The notes under the pieces are model-generated. The model was not told the DNA's origin and searched no databases. It saw nothing but the letters and a program-made list of their open reading frames with translations. The position numbers were made by a program, and so were the translations under genes. A DNA stretch of 64,000 nt from Octopus sinensis (lineage: Eukaryota). How positions within the stretch are numbered: position 1 is the stretch's first letter; each line of letters starts with the position of its first letter. Shown here one piece after another: positions 38,289 through 50,568 of the stretch. The stretch spans positions 195,176,001 through 195,240,000 of the forward strand of contig NC_042998.1 in the NCBI RefSeq assembly GCF_006345805.1, written 5' to 3'.

Positions 38289-38875
38289 TAATAAACCTAA
38301 AAGTGACCAACAAAAACTATCCAACATATTGATGAGTGCTTACGTTTAACTTTTAGTCATTCTGTAACTGATTGCGTCTATATTGTTGGAAAACTATTGA
38401 TTCACATTGATTTCTCTAAGATAATATGCAAACACACTTTCTTTGCAATGTATGTATGTATATATCTATGTATGTACGTATGTATGCGTATATGTGACTC
38501 CGTATATGTGAGAGGGTGTGCGTGTGCATACATACATACATACATACATACATACATACATACATACATACATACATACATACATACATACACGCACACA
38601 CATATACACACATTATGTTAACAGCTGTTGAAAATCATACAAATTAACCGTAGAAGTACCAGATATTTTTACTACCCATCTACGTAGGTGTGCAACTTTT
38701 AGGGAAAACCACTTAAAGTATCGCATTATGGAGTCGGTCACTGAGAACAGCTTCACACTTCCTGAAAGTAATGAAAGTCCAATGTGTTAATTTTCATGCT
38801 ACGTGAAATAGCGATGTTACAATTGAATTGGGTGCCAAACAGTTTCTTCGTACTTACAGGATTAAAACCAAAAAA

Positions 38876-39902
38876 GGCGGCGAGCTAGCAGAAACGTTAG
38901 CACGTCGAGCGAATTGCTTAGCGGTATTTCGTCTGCCGTTACGTCCTGAGTTCAAATTCTGCCGAGGTCGACTTTGCCTTTCATCCTTTCGGGGTCGATT
39001 AAATAAGTACCAGTTACGCACTGGGGTCGATGTAATCCTTGTTTGTCCCTTCTGTGTTTAGCCCCTTGTGGTAGTAAAGAAATAGGTATTTCGTCTGCCG
39101 TTATTTGTGAGTTCAAATTCCGCCGAGGTCGACTTTACCTTTCATCCTTTCGGGGTCGATTAATAAGTACCAGTTACGCACTGGGGTCGATGTAATCCTT
39201 GTTTGTCCCTTCTGTGTTTAGCCCCTTGTGGGTAGTAAAGAAATAGGTATTCGTCTGCCGTTACGGTCCTGAGTTCAAATTCAAATTCCGCCGCCGAGGT
39301 CGACTTTACCTTTCATCCTTCGGGGTCGATTAAATAAGTACCAGTTACGCACTGGGGTCGATGTAATCCTTGTTTGTCCCTTCTGTGTTTAGCCCCTTGT
39401 GGGTAGTAAAGAAATAGTATTTCGTCTGCCGTTATGTTGTGAGTTCAAATTCCGCCGAGGTCGACTTTACCTTTCATCCTTTCGGGGTCGATTAAATAAG
39501 TACCAGTTACGCACTGGGGTCGATGTAATCCTTGTTTGTCCCTTCTGTGTTTAGCCCCTTGTGGGTAGTAAAGAAATAGGTATTTCGTCTGCCGTTATGT
39601 TGTGAGTTCAAATTCCGCCGAGGTCGACTTTACCTTTCATCCTTTCGGGGTCGATTAAATAAGTACCAGTTACGCACTGGGGTCGATGTAATCCTTGTTT
39701 GTCCCTTCTGTGTTTAGCCCCTTGTGGGTAGTAAAGAAATAGGTATTTCGTCTGCCGTTACGTCCTGAGTTCAAATTCCGCCGAGGTCGACTTTACCTTT
39801 CATCCTTTCGGGGTCGATAAATTAAGTACCAGTTACGCACTGGGGTCGATATAATCGACTTAATCCGTTTGTCTGTCCTTGTTTGTGGGTAATAAAGAAA
39901 TA
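38876..39902 (+). mobile_element. SINE family B hexamer within one 17-bp TSD
   Basis: One head plus units at about 38923, 39085, 39246, 39417, 39579 and 39742. Flanked by aggattaaaaccaaaaa on both sides. Confidence 0.9.
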
Positions 39903-40344
39903 GGATTAAAACCAAAAATAAGGAAAAACCTACTTTTTATTTTAATATAGGTTGGGAGTTTCTAGCCTAGAATATACTAGCTATGTCGTACTAGATCCGT
40001 AATCAGTGTTGAATGTGGGTCGTAATGAGTTGTGTAGAAGGAAGAAGGCAACAGCTGATCAGGTAAGGATTCATGTCTATAATATTTAATCAACACAAGA
40101 TGTGTTCAGGTCAGTTGTTCTTTTATTCTTCTGAATTATTGTCGGCAAATCAGCTGACATACCTGCGTCACGACACTACTTGGATCTATATCGTTGATTA
40201 TGGGAATGTGAAGTACACGTATGGAGACATTGACATGCACACATACACGTAGACAAGCAAACACACACACACGCATATATATACATAAACACATATATAT
40301 GCGTATACATATATACTTTTTATATACACGTAAATTAGTGTGCA

Positions 40345-40444
40345 TATATATCCGTATATGTTATATATATTATATATATATTATATATATATATATATAT
40401 GTATGTGTATATATATATAATATATGTATGTAAATAATATAATA

Positions 40445-40486
<42 letters not shown>

Positions 40487-40571
40487 ATATATATATATGT
40501 ATATATTATATATGTATTATATATGTGTATATATGTATATATATACGTATATATATATATGTAATATATAG

Positions 40572-40611
<40 letters not shown>

Positions 40612-40633
40612 TATATACATATATATATATATG

Positions 40634-40700
<67 letters not shown>

Positions 40701-40748
40701 TATATATATATATCTATATATATATATATTATATATATATATATATAT

Positions 40749-40779
<31 letters not shown>

Positions 40780-40790
40780 CGGTATATATA
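40345..40790. repeat. (TA)n-rich microsatellite
   Basis: Direct inspection. Confidence 0.95.
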
Positions 40791-41034
40791 TACGTAAATC
40801 CTCGAGTATAATCCGCATTTTTTCCCAAAATTTTAAAGTCAAAATCCCTATTGCGTATTATATACGAGGTTAAAAATGAAAAATATTTTCTAAGCAATGT
40901 CCGAGTCTCTATTTGCTGTCCGGCAATGTTTATTCAGACGCATTTTGTGATGTCAGGCGCGAAAATACCTTAAGCTAAGTCTGAAAGCAATGAAGTCATA
41001 AAAGAATCATCCATAACTTGTAGTAAGCAACATT

Positions 41035-41925
41035 TGCTAAAATAAAAGTACTCAGAATACAGAATAACATGTAACAAAACAATATATTGAAAGAAAGGGC
41101 CTCAAAATAGTAGTGGAGGAACTGAAACAGCGCCTCGTTGCAAAAAAGCAAATATACGACCAATGAATGACGGGTTACCACCAGAACAGGTTATTCAGAG
41201 TAGATCAGAAGAGATTCTATAAAGAAATAAATGGAGGAAGTACAGATGAAAAGTTGATACCAGATAACATTGAAAGTCAAAAGGTTTTGGAGTGACATCT
41301 GGAGCAAAGACAAGGAGCGCAAGAGGGATGGTGAATGGTTGCAAGAACTGAAACAAACAGTAGTCTGTCCAAAACAGGCAGAACTAGTCATTTCAGTTAG
41401 AGAAGTGAAGAAAATCAGCAAAAAAATGAGCAACTGGAAGGCCCGGGACCAGATGGAGTTCAAGGCTACTGGATCAAAAGATTTGTCATGCACGAATAGC
41501 TGCGCGACTCAAAACCTTGTTAAATGCCGATCAAATAACAACAGAGTGGTTAGCATTGGGTAGGACAGTGCTGTACCTGAAAAACATCGGAAAGAGGCAA
41601 TACGGTAGACAATTACAGGCCGATATCCTGTTTGCCACTTATGTAGAAGTTACTGACTGGAATACTCGCAGAGTCGATGTACGAACATTTCGAAAAAAAT
41701 GGAGTCCTGCCACAGGATTGCAAGCTTATGATTGTAAGAAAAGCAAAAGCTGGGTATGTATTCAAAAGCAGGCAACAAAAAGTCAACCATTTGTTATTAT
41801 GGATGAACTCAAACTTTATGGTAAAGATGAAGCCCAAGTCGGTTCCCTCGTTGATACTACGGTGTATACCTTCAATGCTGATATCAGAATGGAGTTCGGA
41901 CTGAGAAAGTATGGTGTGATAGTAT
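41035..41925 (+). mobile_element. R4/Dong-like non-LTR RT pseudogene fragment
   Basis: DQKRFYKEI, FWSDIWS, MSNWKA..PDGVQGYWIK, NYRPISCLPLM, MDELKLYGK (the MDD box) and IRMEFGLRK, with frameshifts and an internal deletion. Confidence 0.8.
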
Positions 41926-41944
41926 TATATATATATATAATATA

Positions 41945-42044
<100 letters not shown>

Positions 42045-42104
42045 ATCATAATATATATATATATTATATATATATATATATATAATATATATATATATTA
42101 TATA

Positions 42105-42106
<2 letters not shown>

Positions 42107-42136
<30 letters not shown>

Positions 42137-43955
42137 CTAGTTTCAGCTTATGAGCTGTGGCCATGCTGGGGCACCGCCATTTGGTGTTGCTACTTGGTTT
42201 CACTTCATGGAGGCTTTCTAGCAACTGCTATTTGGTGCATGAGAGAGTTCGATGCAGCTGCCCTCATCTGCCCCTCCTGCCGTGAAGTTGGTTCATCTGG
42301 GACACCTGACAGGAAGAGATCCAGCTCCATTTTAAAGACATCTGTATCCACCCCATGCAGGACTCTCAGGTTCTTCGGGAGGATATTGAAGAGCTGTGGG
42401 CCTCGGAAGCCCAGGCTATCACAGAATCTTGTCCTACATCTTGATGGCAGGTTAGGAGTCCTAGGCACCACGCAGTGGCGCCCAGTTCTGGCATTTGCGT
42501 AACTCTCGATGCCAAAGTTCAGGACACTTCCCTCCAGGATCTTCCAGATGTATATTATGGCATATCTTTCCCGCCTACGCTCCAGAGAATATAATTTTAA
42601 TCTTCTTTGTGTAGCTTCGTTGGATCGCCTCAAGTTCTGTGATCAACTTGACACTGGATGGTGACCATAGCTGAGAGCAATAGTCAAAGTGGCTTAGGAC
42701 AAGTGTCTTCCAGAGGACCATCATGGTTTCTTGTTCTCTTGTTCTAAAGGTTCTAAGAATCCATCCAGCCAGCCGTCTACATTTCATTGTCAGTTTAGCA
42801 ACATGTACATGAAAGGTCGCGTCATCACTCATGTGAATACCCGGTCACGCACTGATTGTGCCTCTGGGATTGCAATCCCTCGGGTCCAGTGTATTCATTG
42901 GGTATTGCATTCAGTTTTGCATGCTGATAGTATAAAGCTTGAAACTTTCCAGCATTGAACTGCATGCTATTCTTTTCAGCCCACTTGTATATTTCGTCCA
43001 GCTCACATTGCAGGTGTTTAGTGTCCTCAGGGTTCTGTATTGCCTGTGAAACTTTTGTATCATCTGCATAACTTGTGATCGTGGCTCTCTGCCTGGCTGA
43101 GGGCATGTCTGAGAGGGCCATTATGAACAGTAGTGGTCCCAGAACAGTGCCCTGCGGAACACCGCTCACTATTTGTGTGTTAATGGAGGTGGCCCCATTG
43201 GCTACTACCACCTGACTTCTATCCTTCAGAAAGTCATGAAGCCATTCTCCCAGTTTTCCAACTATGTTGAGATCACGCAGTTTGTGACATATCATTCCAT
43301 GATCGACTTTATCAAAGGCCTTTGCAAAGTCGAGATATATCACTTCCACATTTGAGTGGTTGAGCAGCCGTTTCAGCACCCAGTCATAGTGTTGTAGGAG
43401 CTAAGTTAACACGCTTCTCCCTGGTCGGAAACCATGTTGGGTGTCGGGCAGCAAGTCATTCTCTTCAAGGAAGGTGATCAGCTTCCTTCTGACTATTCGT
43501 TCCATGACCTTGCTGATGTGTGAGGTCAGAGAGATAGGTCTATAGTTCTTGGCTTCCGCTCTGCTACCTCCTTTATGAATGGGGCATATTTTACCTTCCT
43601 TCAGTTTTCCTGGAGTTTGCCAGCTGCAAGGAAGCTCTGAAGAGGAACTGCAGTGGTCTTGCTAGGACTCTCTTACATGCTTTTAGGAGGATTGCCGGGA
43701 ATCCATCGGGGCCAGTAGCTGAGTCTGTTTTCATTTCATCTATAGCCTTGGTTACATCGTCTTCCTTTATATCGATGTAATCTATCGTCGCCGCCTCTGA
43801 TTTTATATCTGCAGTGGTAAAAAAGTCAGTTGGATTGGTGATTTGGAGATGCCCAAGGGGTGGAGTGAAAACACTCTTGAATTGCTCATTCAGTATTTCA
43901 CTTACCCTCATTGGTTTTCCTGTAAGTGTGCCATCCTTTTCGAGGAGTGGCCCAC
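42107..43955 (-). mobile_element. 5'-truncated CR1/L2-group LINE with RT domain (frameshifted)
   Basis: ATGPDGFPA, YLDFAKAFDKVDH, SGVPQGTVLGPLLFI, YADDTK, FDYCSQLWSP and SLERRRERY, with a (CAAT)n tail. Same broad family as 17820-18705. Confidence 0.95.
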
Positions 43956-44024
43956 ATACATGCATACATATATATACATATACATACATACACATACATA
44001 TATATATATATATATAATACATAC

Positions 44025-44057
<33 letters not shown>

Positions 44058-44091
44058 ATATATACATACATACATACAACATGCATACACA

Positions 44092-44222
44092 CACATATAT
44101 AGGATCAACTATATACTTTAAACAGAGATACGCTGCACATCTCAATTCTTTTAGCTATGAGAAACAGTAAATCCACAACCCTTTCCAGTCACATACACCA
44201 TCTTAAAAATAGGAATATTCCC
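44092..44222 (+). mobile_element. Penelope-like GIY-YIG fragment (second family)
   Basis: TYIGSTIYFKQRYAAHLNSFSYEK / STTLSSHIHHLKNRNIP resembles the YIG...FK.R...H..SF....ST.LS..I..LK motif of PLE endonucleases. Confidence 0.6.
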
Positions 44223-44224
44223 AA

Positions 44225-45760
44225 TTCCTCCGTCTACGCAGGCCCTACAATGACAACCATGACTTTGAGACTCAGTCTCAACTCATGGCTCGCCACTTCA
44301 TCCTATCCCCTCACCACTATCCACACCGCCCTTGCCAGAGTATGTTCCATGGACCGTGCATCCGCTCTTTCCCATCGCACCTGCCCCGCCGTCATCTGTC
44401 TTCCGTTTCCCCTCACCTACCACCCTACCTCTCCAACGCACCATTCTCCGAGCCTACCGGCGACTCCAGTCCGATCCCTTCACTACGCACATCTTCCTTA
44501 ACTGACCTCTTCCCTCCTTCAAGCGAGCCCACAACCTACGAGACTTCTTGGTCCACAGCTTCTTCCCTAACCCAACCTCCCAACCCGGTTCGTTCTCCTG
44601 CTCCCACCCACGCTGTCGCACTTGCCTTTACCTCTCCAACACCACCCTCCTCACAGGCACCCATCATCGACCCTGTCATATCACTGACTCCTTCACTTGC
44701 ACTTCTATGAACGTCATCTACTGCATCTCCAGCTCTCTTTGTCCTTCTCTATACATCGGTCAAACGGGACGCCGCTTGGCCGACCAGTTCGCGGAACACT
44801 GAGACATCCGTCTCGGCAACGACACCTCAGTCTCGCGCCATTTCCGCTCTACCGGTCACTCTTTACAACATCTGTTTGTGTTCTGATTGTCCTTGCACAG
44901 GGGCAATCTGGAATCCCGTCTTCGCCATGAGCAAGGATTAATCTTCTCTCTTCGCTCCTATAGTCCACATGGGCTCAACTCTCCTTCCTCTTCATCTAAC
45001 CCTCTTCCTCTCTTCCTCTCACACCGACTTCCTCCCACCGACCTCTCCTCTCTTACTCTGACACCTACTTCCTCTCTTCACTCCTACCCACCTTCTCTCC
45101 TTCCACCCTCTCCCTTCATCGTCACCCCTCCCTCGTTACCCCACTCTACACATTCCAACCCCACCATCTCTATAGATCCCATTCCACCCCATCTCATCCC
45201 TTAGACCTCACTCTTGCTTCCCCCACTCTCGCCTCCCCAACACCCCAACACCCCAACACCCCCACACTACACACACTACCACACCACACCACCGCCCCAT
45301 ACACCACTACCACACCATACACCACGATACCACACCATACCACATCACACCACCACACTACACACTAGCACTGACCACTTCCCGGCACCTACACCATCAT
45401 CCACACACCTACACATGCACACACGCACACGTCAATGCCACCAGACCCCTTCCACAGACACATACGCTCTCACATACACACGCATGCGCACCTTCCTTTT
45501 GGGATCACCGCTACTTTTGGGATCTCCTCTTCTTCCAAGCTCTCCTGTGTGACCCCTCTGTCCGGCATTCTCAGTGATAGATCGTAAGCCGCTAAACCTT
45601 TTTCTATGTTCTCTCCCTGTTTATTTTTTGTGTTTGTTTCTGTCGAAAAGCATAGGCTCGAAACGTAAAGGACTTTCTCACTTCCCGAGCGTTAAACTTA
45701 TACATCTGTTTATTGTTTACACACCGTCTTCGCCTTTTGTTTTTCTTGTAAATTCTCACT
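44225..45760 (+). mobile_element. Penelope-like element 3' part (Neptune-type Cys linker, GIY-YIG endonuclease, pLTR)
   Basis: PLTYHP, NLRDFLVHS, CSHPRCRTC, FTCTSMNVIYCISSSLCPSLYIGQTGRRLADQFAEH and EQGLIFSLRSYSPHGLN, followed by a pyrimidine-rich tract and a pLTR-like segment. Confidence 0.9.
45637..45670 (+). ncRNA. Degenerate minimal hammerhead motif in pLTR
   Basis: TTT-CTGTCGA-A-AAGC-atag-GCTC-GAAA-CG-TA-AAG, with an A6U change and a mismatch at the base of stem II. Confidence 0.5.
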
Positions 45761-45866
45761 ATATATATATATATATAGTTAATCCAAACATGAAAACACA
45801 ACAACGCGAGGACGTGGAACAAATATAGTATTATTGGACGCTCAGCAAGGAAGGGAAGACGGAGGG

Positions 45867-45899
45867 TTTAACGTTTCGAGCGGAGCTCTTCATCAGAAA
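45867..45899 (-). ncRNA. Canonical-core minimal type I hammerhead ribozyme motif (Penelope type)
   Basis: Minus strand TTT-CTGATGA-A-GAGC-tcc-GCTC-GAAA-CG-TT-AAA, with palindromic stem III AACGTT. Confidence 0.85.
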
Positions 45900-46038
45900 T
45901 ATAGGAGAAGGAAAGATCCAGAGAAGGGAAGACAGAGGAAAAAAATCGCCAACGGTACACACGAGGTCACATATATATATATATGTACAAATCGATTAGG
46001 GCTCTTCATCATTATCATATATATATATATATATATAT

Positions 46039-46095
<57 letters not shown>

Positions 46096-46419
46096 ATCCA
46101 CACAAGAAAACACAAAAAAAAAAAAAAAAACAAATAATACTATATTTGTTCCACGTCCTCGCGTTGTTGTGTTTTTTTTTTTGCGCTTTCTTGTTTGGAT
46201 TAACTTTTATATATATATATATATAGTAATACTAAGCATAAGGGTTTAGCAACGAGTTGCCTTACCACATACCGAATTTAGAAATAGCAGTCAAAGGGTT
46301 ATAGCTATTTCTTCTACTAAAAGGGATCTCAGTAAAAACCAACCATTGGAAGGCAACACAAACAGGTAAGAGAGAATGAATTGACTGCAATCTATCATAC
46401 ATTTTTTAGTTATCCACGG

Positions 46420-46523
46420 ACGTACGTTTCGAAATCAAGTTTTAAGGAAAGCATAAGAACTAAATATTAAATATTAAATAATAAATAATTCTATCTTACC
46501 GAAACTTCTTTTCTCTTCAGCGT
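46420..46523 (-). ncRNA. Type I hammerhead motif with extended stem II
   Basis: Minus strand ACG-CTGAAGA-GAAAagAAGTTT...AAACTTgaTTTC-GAAA-CG-TA-CGT. Confidence 0.7.
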
Positions 46524-46819
46524 AGAATACTATAATCATAAATGATTATATATTGAATTTTGAGATACCAGAAGGCACCAACTCCACTCAGTATCAGAGC
46601 GAGCTAGAATCCGCAACTGGTATCACCGAATTCAATTTGTGAATGAAACGATTGTGTCAACAGCCCCTTCCCACCCGCTACTTAAATTTTCCTCGAATGA
46701 GGCTTTTACATGCCGAAGACTACTTGGTGTAATTGATAATTTTTCCAAATTAATTAATTTCACCCTTCATTATATTAATTACGGATAACTATATATATAT
46801 ATATTATATATATATATAT

Positions 46820-46854
<35 letters not shown>

Positions 46855-47495
46855 AAATGATGAATAGCCCTAATCAATTTGTGAACCTTAATCGATTTGC
46901 ATCAGCGAATTTTAACCAATTCCAGAGAAATAAGCAGTCTATCTTATACACGGGAAGATATCTTCCTGGATATTCGTACATATTCAAAAGAACCAGCAGC
47001 TACAGAGAAATAGAGCTACTATCTTAGCACCACCACTGGGCACTAGGTTCTTCTGTAACGGAACATATTCTCAATCTGAGGATAGATTCCCTCTCGATCC
47101 TTATTTGGAAAGGGTCATGGGTAGTGTCCCCACGTTGCCCTTGACGAAATCATAAAGAAACATCTTTTTTATAGCTGTCTATATACCCCAGTAAGGGGGT
47201 ATCTAACAGGTGATGAGTTTGCCTGTAAATGATCAATCAGTAACCCATGTCTCCTAGAGGTTAATGTCTTTTCATCGAGCTATAAATTATAACAAGCATA
47301 TGTAAGTGAAGGTCGGGTCTCATGTTCATATTTATATCTGATTAGCTGAATAAATTGTATATTGTTTAGATAGTGTTGTGTTCTAGATAATAAGATCAAG
47401 GATTCTATTGTTACAAAACCCACACACGTACGTACATCCAGCCATCCATCGACTCATACATATATGTAAACATACATATGTACATGTATAATCAG

Positions 47496-47829
47496 TGTAT
47501 GTATGTATGTATGTATGTATGTATGTATGTATGTATGTATGTATGTATGTATGTATGTATGTATTATGTAAGTATGTATGTATGTATGTATGCATGTATG
47601 TATGTATGTATGTATGTTTGTATGTATGTATGTATGTATGTATGTATGTATGTATGTATGTATGTATGTATGTATGTATGTATGTATGTATGTATGTATT
47701 ATGTAAGTATGTATGTATGTATGTATGCATGTATGTATGTATTATGTATGTTTGTATTATGTATGTATGTATGTATGTATGTATTTGTATGTGCTGTATG
47801 GGTATGTTGTATGTATGTATGTATGTATG

Positions 47830-47863
<34 letters not shown>

Positions 47864-48066
47864 GGGATGTATGTATGTATGTATGTATGTATATGTATGT
47901 ATGTATGTATGGTATGTATGTATGTAGGGATGTAGGATGTTGTATGTATGTATGTGTGTATGTATGTATGTATATATGTATGTATGTATGTATGTATGCA
48001 TGTAGGGATGTATGTATGTATGTATGTATGTATGTATGTATGTATGTATGCATGTATGTATGTATG

Positions 48067-48100
<34 letters not shown>

Positions 48101-48254
48101 TGCATGTATGTATGTATGTATATATGTATGTATGCATGTATGTATGTATGTATCTATATATATGTATGTATGTATGTATCTGTATGTATGTATGTATGCA
48201 TGTATGTATGTATGTATGTATGTATGTATGTATGTATGTATGTATGTATGTATG

Positions 48255-48286
<32 letters not shown>

Positions 48287-48292
48287 TGTATG

Positions 48293-48326
<34 letters not shown>

Positions 48327-48368
48327 TGCATGTATGTATTTATGTATGTATGTATGTATGTATGTATG

Positions 48369-48399
<31 letters not shown>

Positions 48400-48545
48400 T
48401 TATGTATGTATGTATGTATGTATGTATGTATTTAAGTATGTATGTATGCATACACGCATGTATGTATGTATGTATGTATGTATGTATGTATGTATGTATG
48501 TATGTATGTATGTATGTATGTATGCATGTATGTATGTATGTACGT
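47496..48545. repeat. ~1-kb (TATG)n microsatellite
   Basis: Direct inspection. It is the source of the MYVC/HTYI ORFs. Confidence 0.98.
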
Positions 48546-48872
48546 ACGCTCGTATCCTTATGTGTGTATACTGACATACATCTATACATGCATGCAAACA
48601 TGCCTATATGCATGCATATTCAGTATGTATGTACTCAGTATATTTATATGTGAGTAAACACACAACAACACACACACGCACTCACTCATAACCCACACAC
48701 ATGCACACAGTTAATATGCACACATAAACGTGTATATATATATATCGTGAAGTAAATTTGCCACTTAAATGTGGCTAACCCCTAGGGGTGGATGCTACTG
48801 TAGTTTGTAGCCCCAGGAGGACACCTCCTCCAGCTGGTTACATTGGATGTGTGTGATTACTGTGGAGTAGAC

Positions 48873-49105
48873 CTATTTCTTTACTACCCACAAGGAGCTA
48901 AACACAGAGAGGACGAACAAGGACAGACAAAGGGATTAAGTCGATTACATCGACCCCAGTGCGTAACTGGTACTTATTTAATCGACCCTGAAAGGATGAA
49001 AGGCAAAGTCAACCTCGGCGGAATTTGAACTCAGAACGTAATGGCAGACGAAATACCGCTAAGCATTTCGCCCAGTGTGCTAACATTTCTGGCAGCTCAC
49101 CGCCT
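48873..49105 (-). mobile_element. SINE family B monomer
   Basis: Complete head-to-tail copy. Confidence 0.9.
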
Positions 49106-49538
49106 TTACTGATAGGGCACAGTAATAATTACTCAACGAAGAGTACTCAACTGAGCTATTCATCTGTCCGAGAATACCTTATTATTTGAAAGTTACATTG
49201 TCGCTTGGGATTCCCAAGTTAACTTACCGCAGATGCGAGTTGAAATGAAGCCAAAAGAACAAAATGAAAAAAAAAAAAACAAACAAAAAACAACAATGCT
49301 TGAAGAAATAAAAGGGTCAGGCAGTAGGGAAAAGAAATGATGAGGTCAAATATGTGGGAGTGGGAATCCCATAAGGTCGTTAGGAATGAAGGAAGTGGAG
49401 CGGAGATAGCAAATAGTTGCTGTCATTAAGGGGAAAGAACGATTGTTATAAATATTTATCTGGGATGGGTAAATGTATTAGTTTCTTAGTGGATAATTAA
49501 CGCTGATACCGTTGACCGCTGGTCTACTTCACAGTAAA

Positions 49539-49959
49539 GGCGGTGAGCTGTGAGAATCGTTAGCACACTGGGCGAAATGCTTAGCGGTATTTCGTCTGCG
49601 TTACGTTCTGAGTTCAAATTCCGCGAGGTCGACTTGCCTTCATCCTTTCGGGGGTCGATAAATAAAGTACCAGTTGCGCACTGGGGTCGATGTAATCGAC
49701 TTAATACCTATGTCTGTCCTTGTTTGTCCCCTCTGTGTTTAGCCCCTTGTGGGTAATAAAGAAATAGGTATTTCGTCTGCCGCTACGTTCTGAGTTCAAA
49801 TTCCGCCGAGGTCGACTCTGCTTTTCATCCTTTCGGGGGTCGATTAAATAAGTACCAGTTACGCACTGGGGTCGATATAATCGACTTAATCCATTTGTCT
49901 GTGTCTGTCCTTGTTTGTCCTCTCTGCGTTTAGCCCCTTGTGGGTAGTAAAGAAATAGG
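49539..49959 (+). mobile_element. SINE family B dimer
   Basis: Head plus two units joined at gaaata|ggtatttcg (about 49766). Confidence 0.9.
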
Positions 49960-50341
49960 TCTACTCCACAGTAATCATACACATTTCAGATAGAATACTA
50001 CTCTACCTTCGTTCTAAAATTACATTAAACCGCTGGACTAACACCGAAGCCATCCAATGGTTTAGTTCCTTAACCCCCTAAAAGCAGATAGAGATTCATT
50101 TAAGTCAGTATAGATCAATACTATTCTAGCGAATCTCCTATCCTACTTAAAAAGGCCCTCATCTTTGCACTAAAGTATTTCTAGGTGCAATCCCATGGTG
50201 ATTCCTGACCAAAGTGAGGGTGGGGATCTTTACAAACGAATGTCTTCATGCTGTAGCCGCACGCTCGGTCATGGCATGGAGGTATTTTTTACGTGTATGC
50301 GCGTACGTGGGTGCGTGTATGCGCGCATATATGCTTAAGTT

Positions 50342-50568
50342 GGCGAGCTGGCAGAAACGTTAGCACGCCGGGCGAAATGCGTAGCCGTATTTCGTCTGTC
50401 GTTACGTTCCGAGTTCAAATTCCGCCTAGGTCAACTTTACCTTTCATCCTTTCGGGGTCGATGAATTAAGTACCACTTATGCACTGGGGTCGATGTAATT
50501 GACTTAATACCTTTGTCTGTCCTTGTTTGTCCCCTCTGTGTTTAGCTCCTTGTGGGTAGTAAAGAAAT
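50342..50568 (+). mobile_element. SINE family B monomer with TSD
   Basis: Flanked by atatatgcttaagtt on both sides. Confidence 0.9.

Noticed and set aside
47383-48657. Long ORFs (up to 304 aa) of MYVC/HTYI repeats; likewise YI, CV and HT ORFs throughout
   Set aside because: These are stop-free translations of (TATG)n, (TA)n and (CA)n microsatellites.
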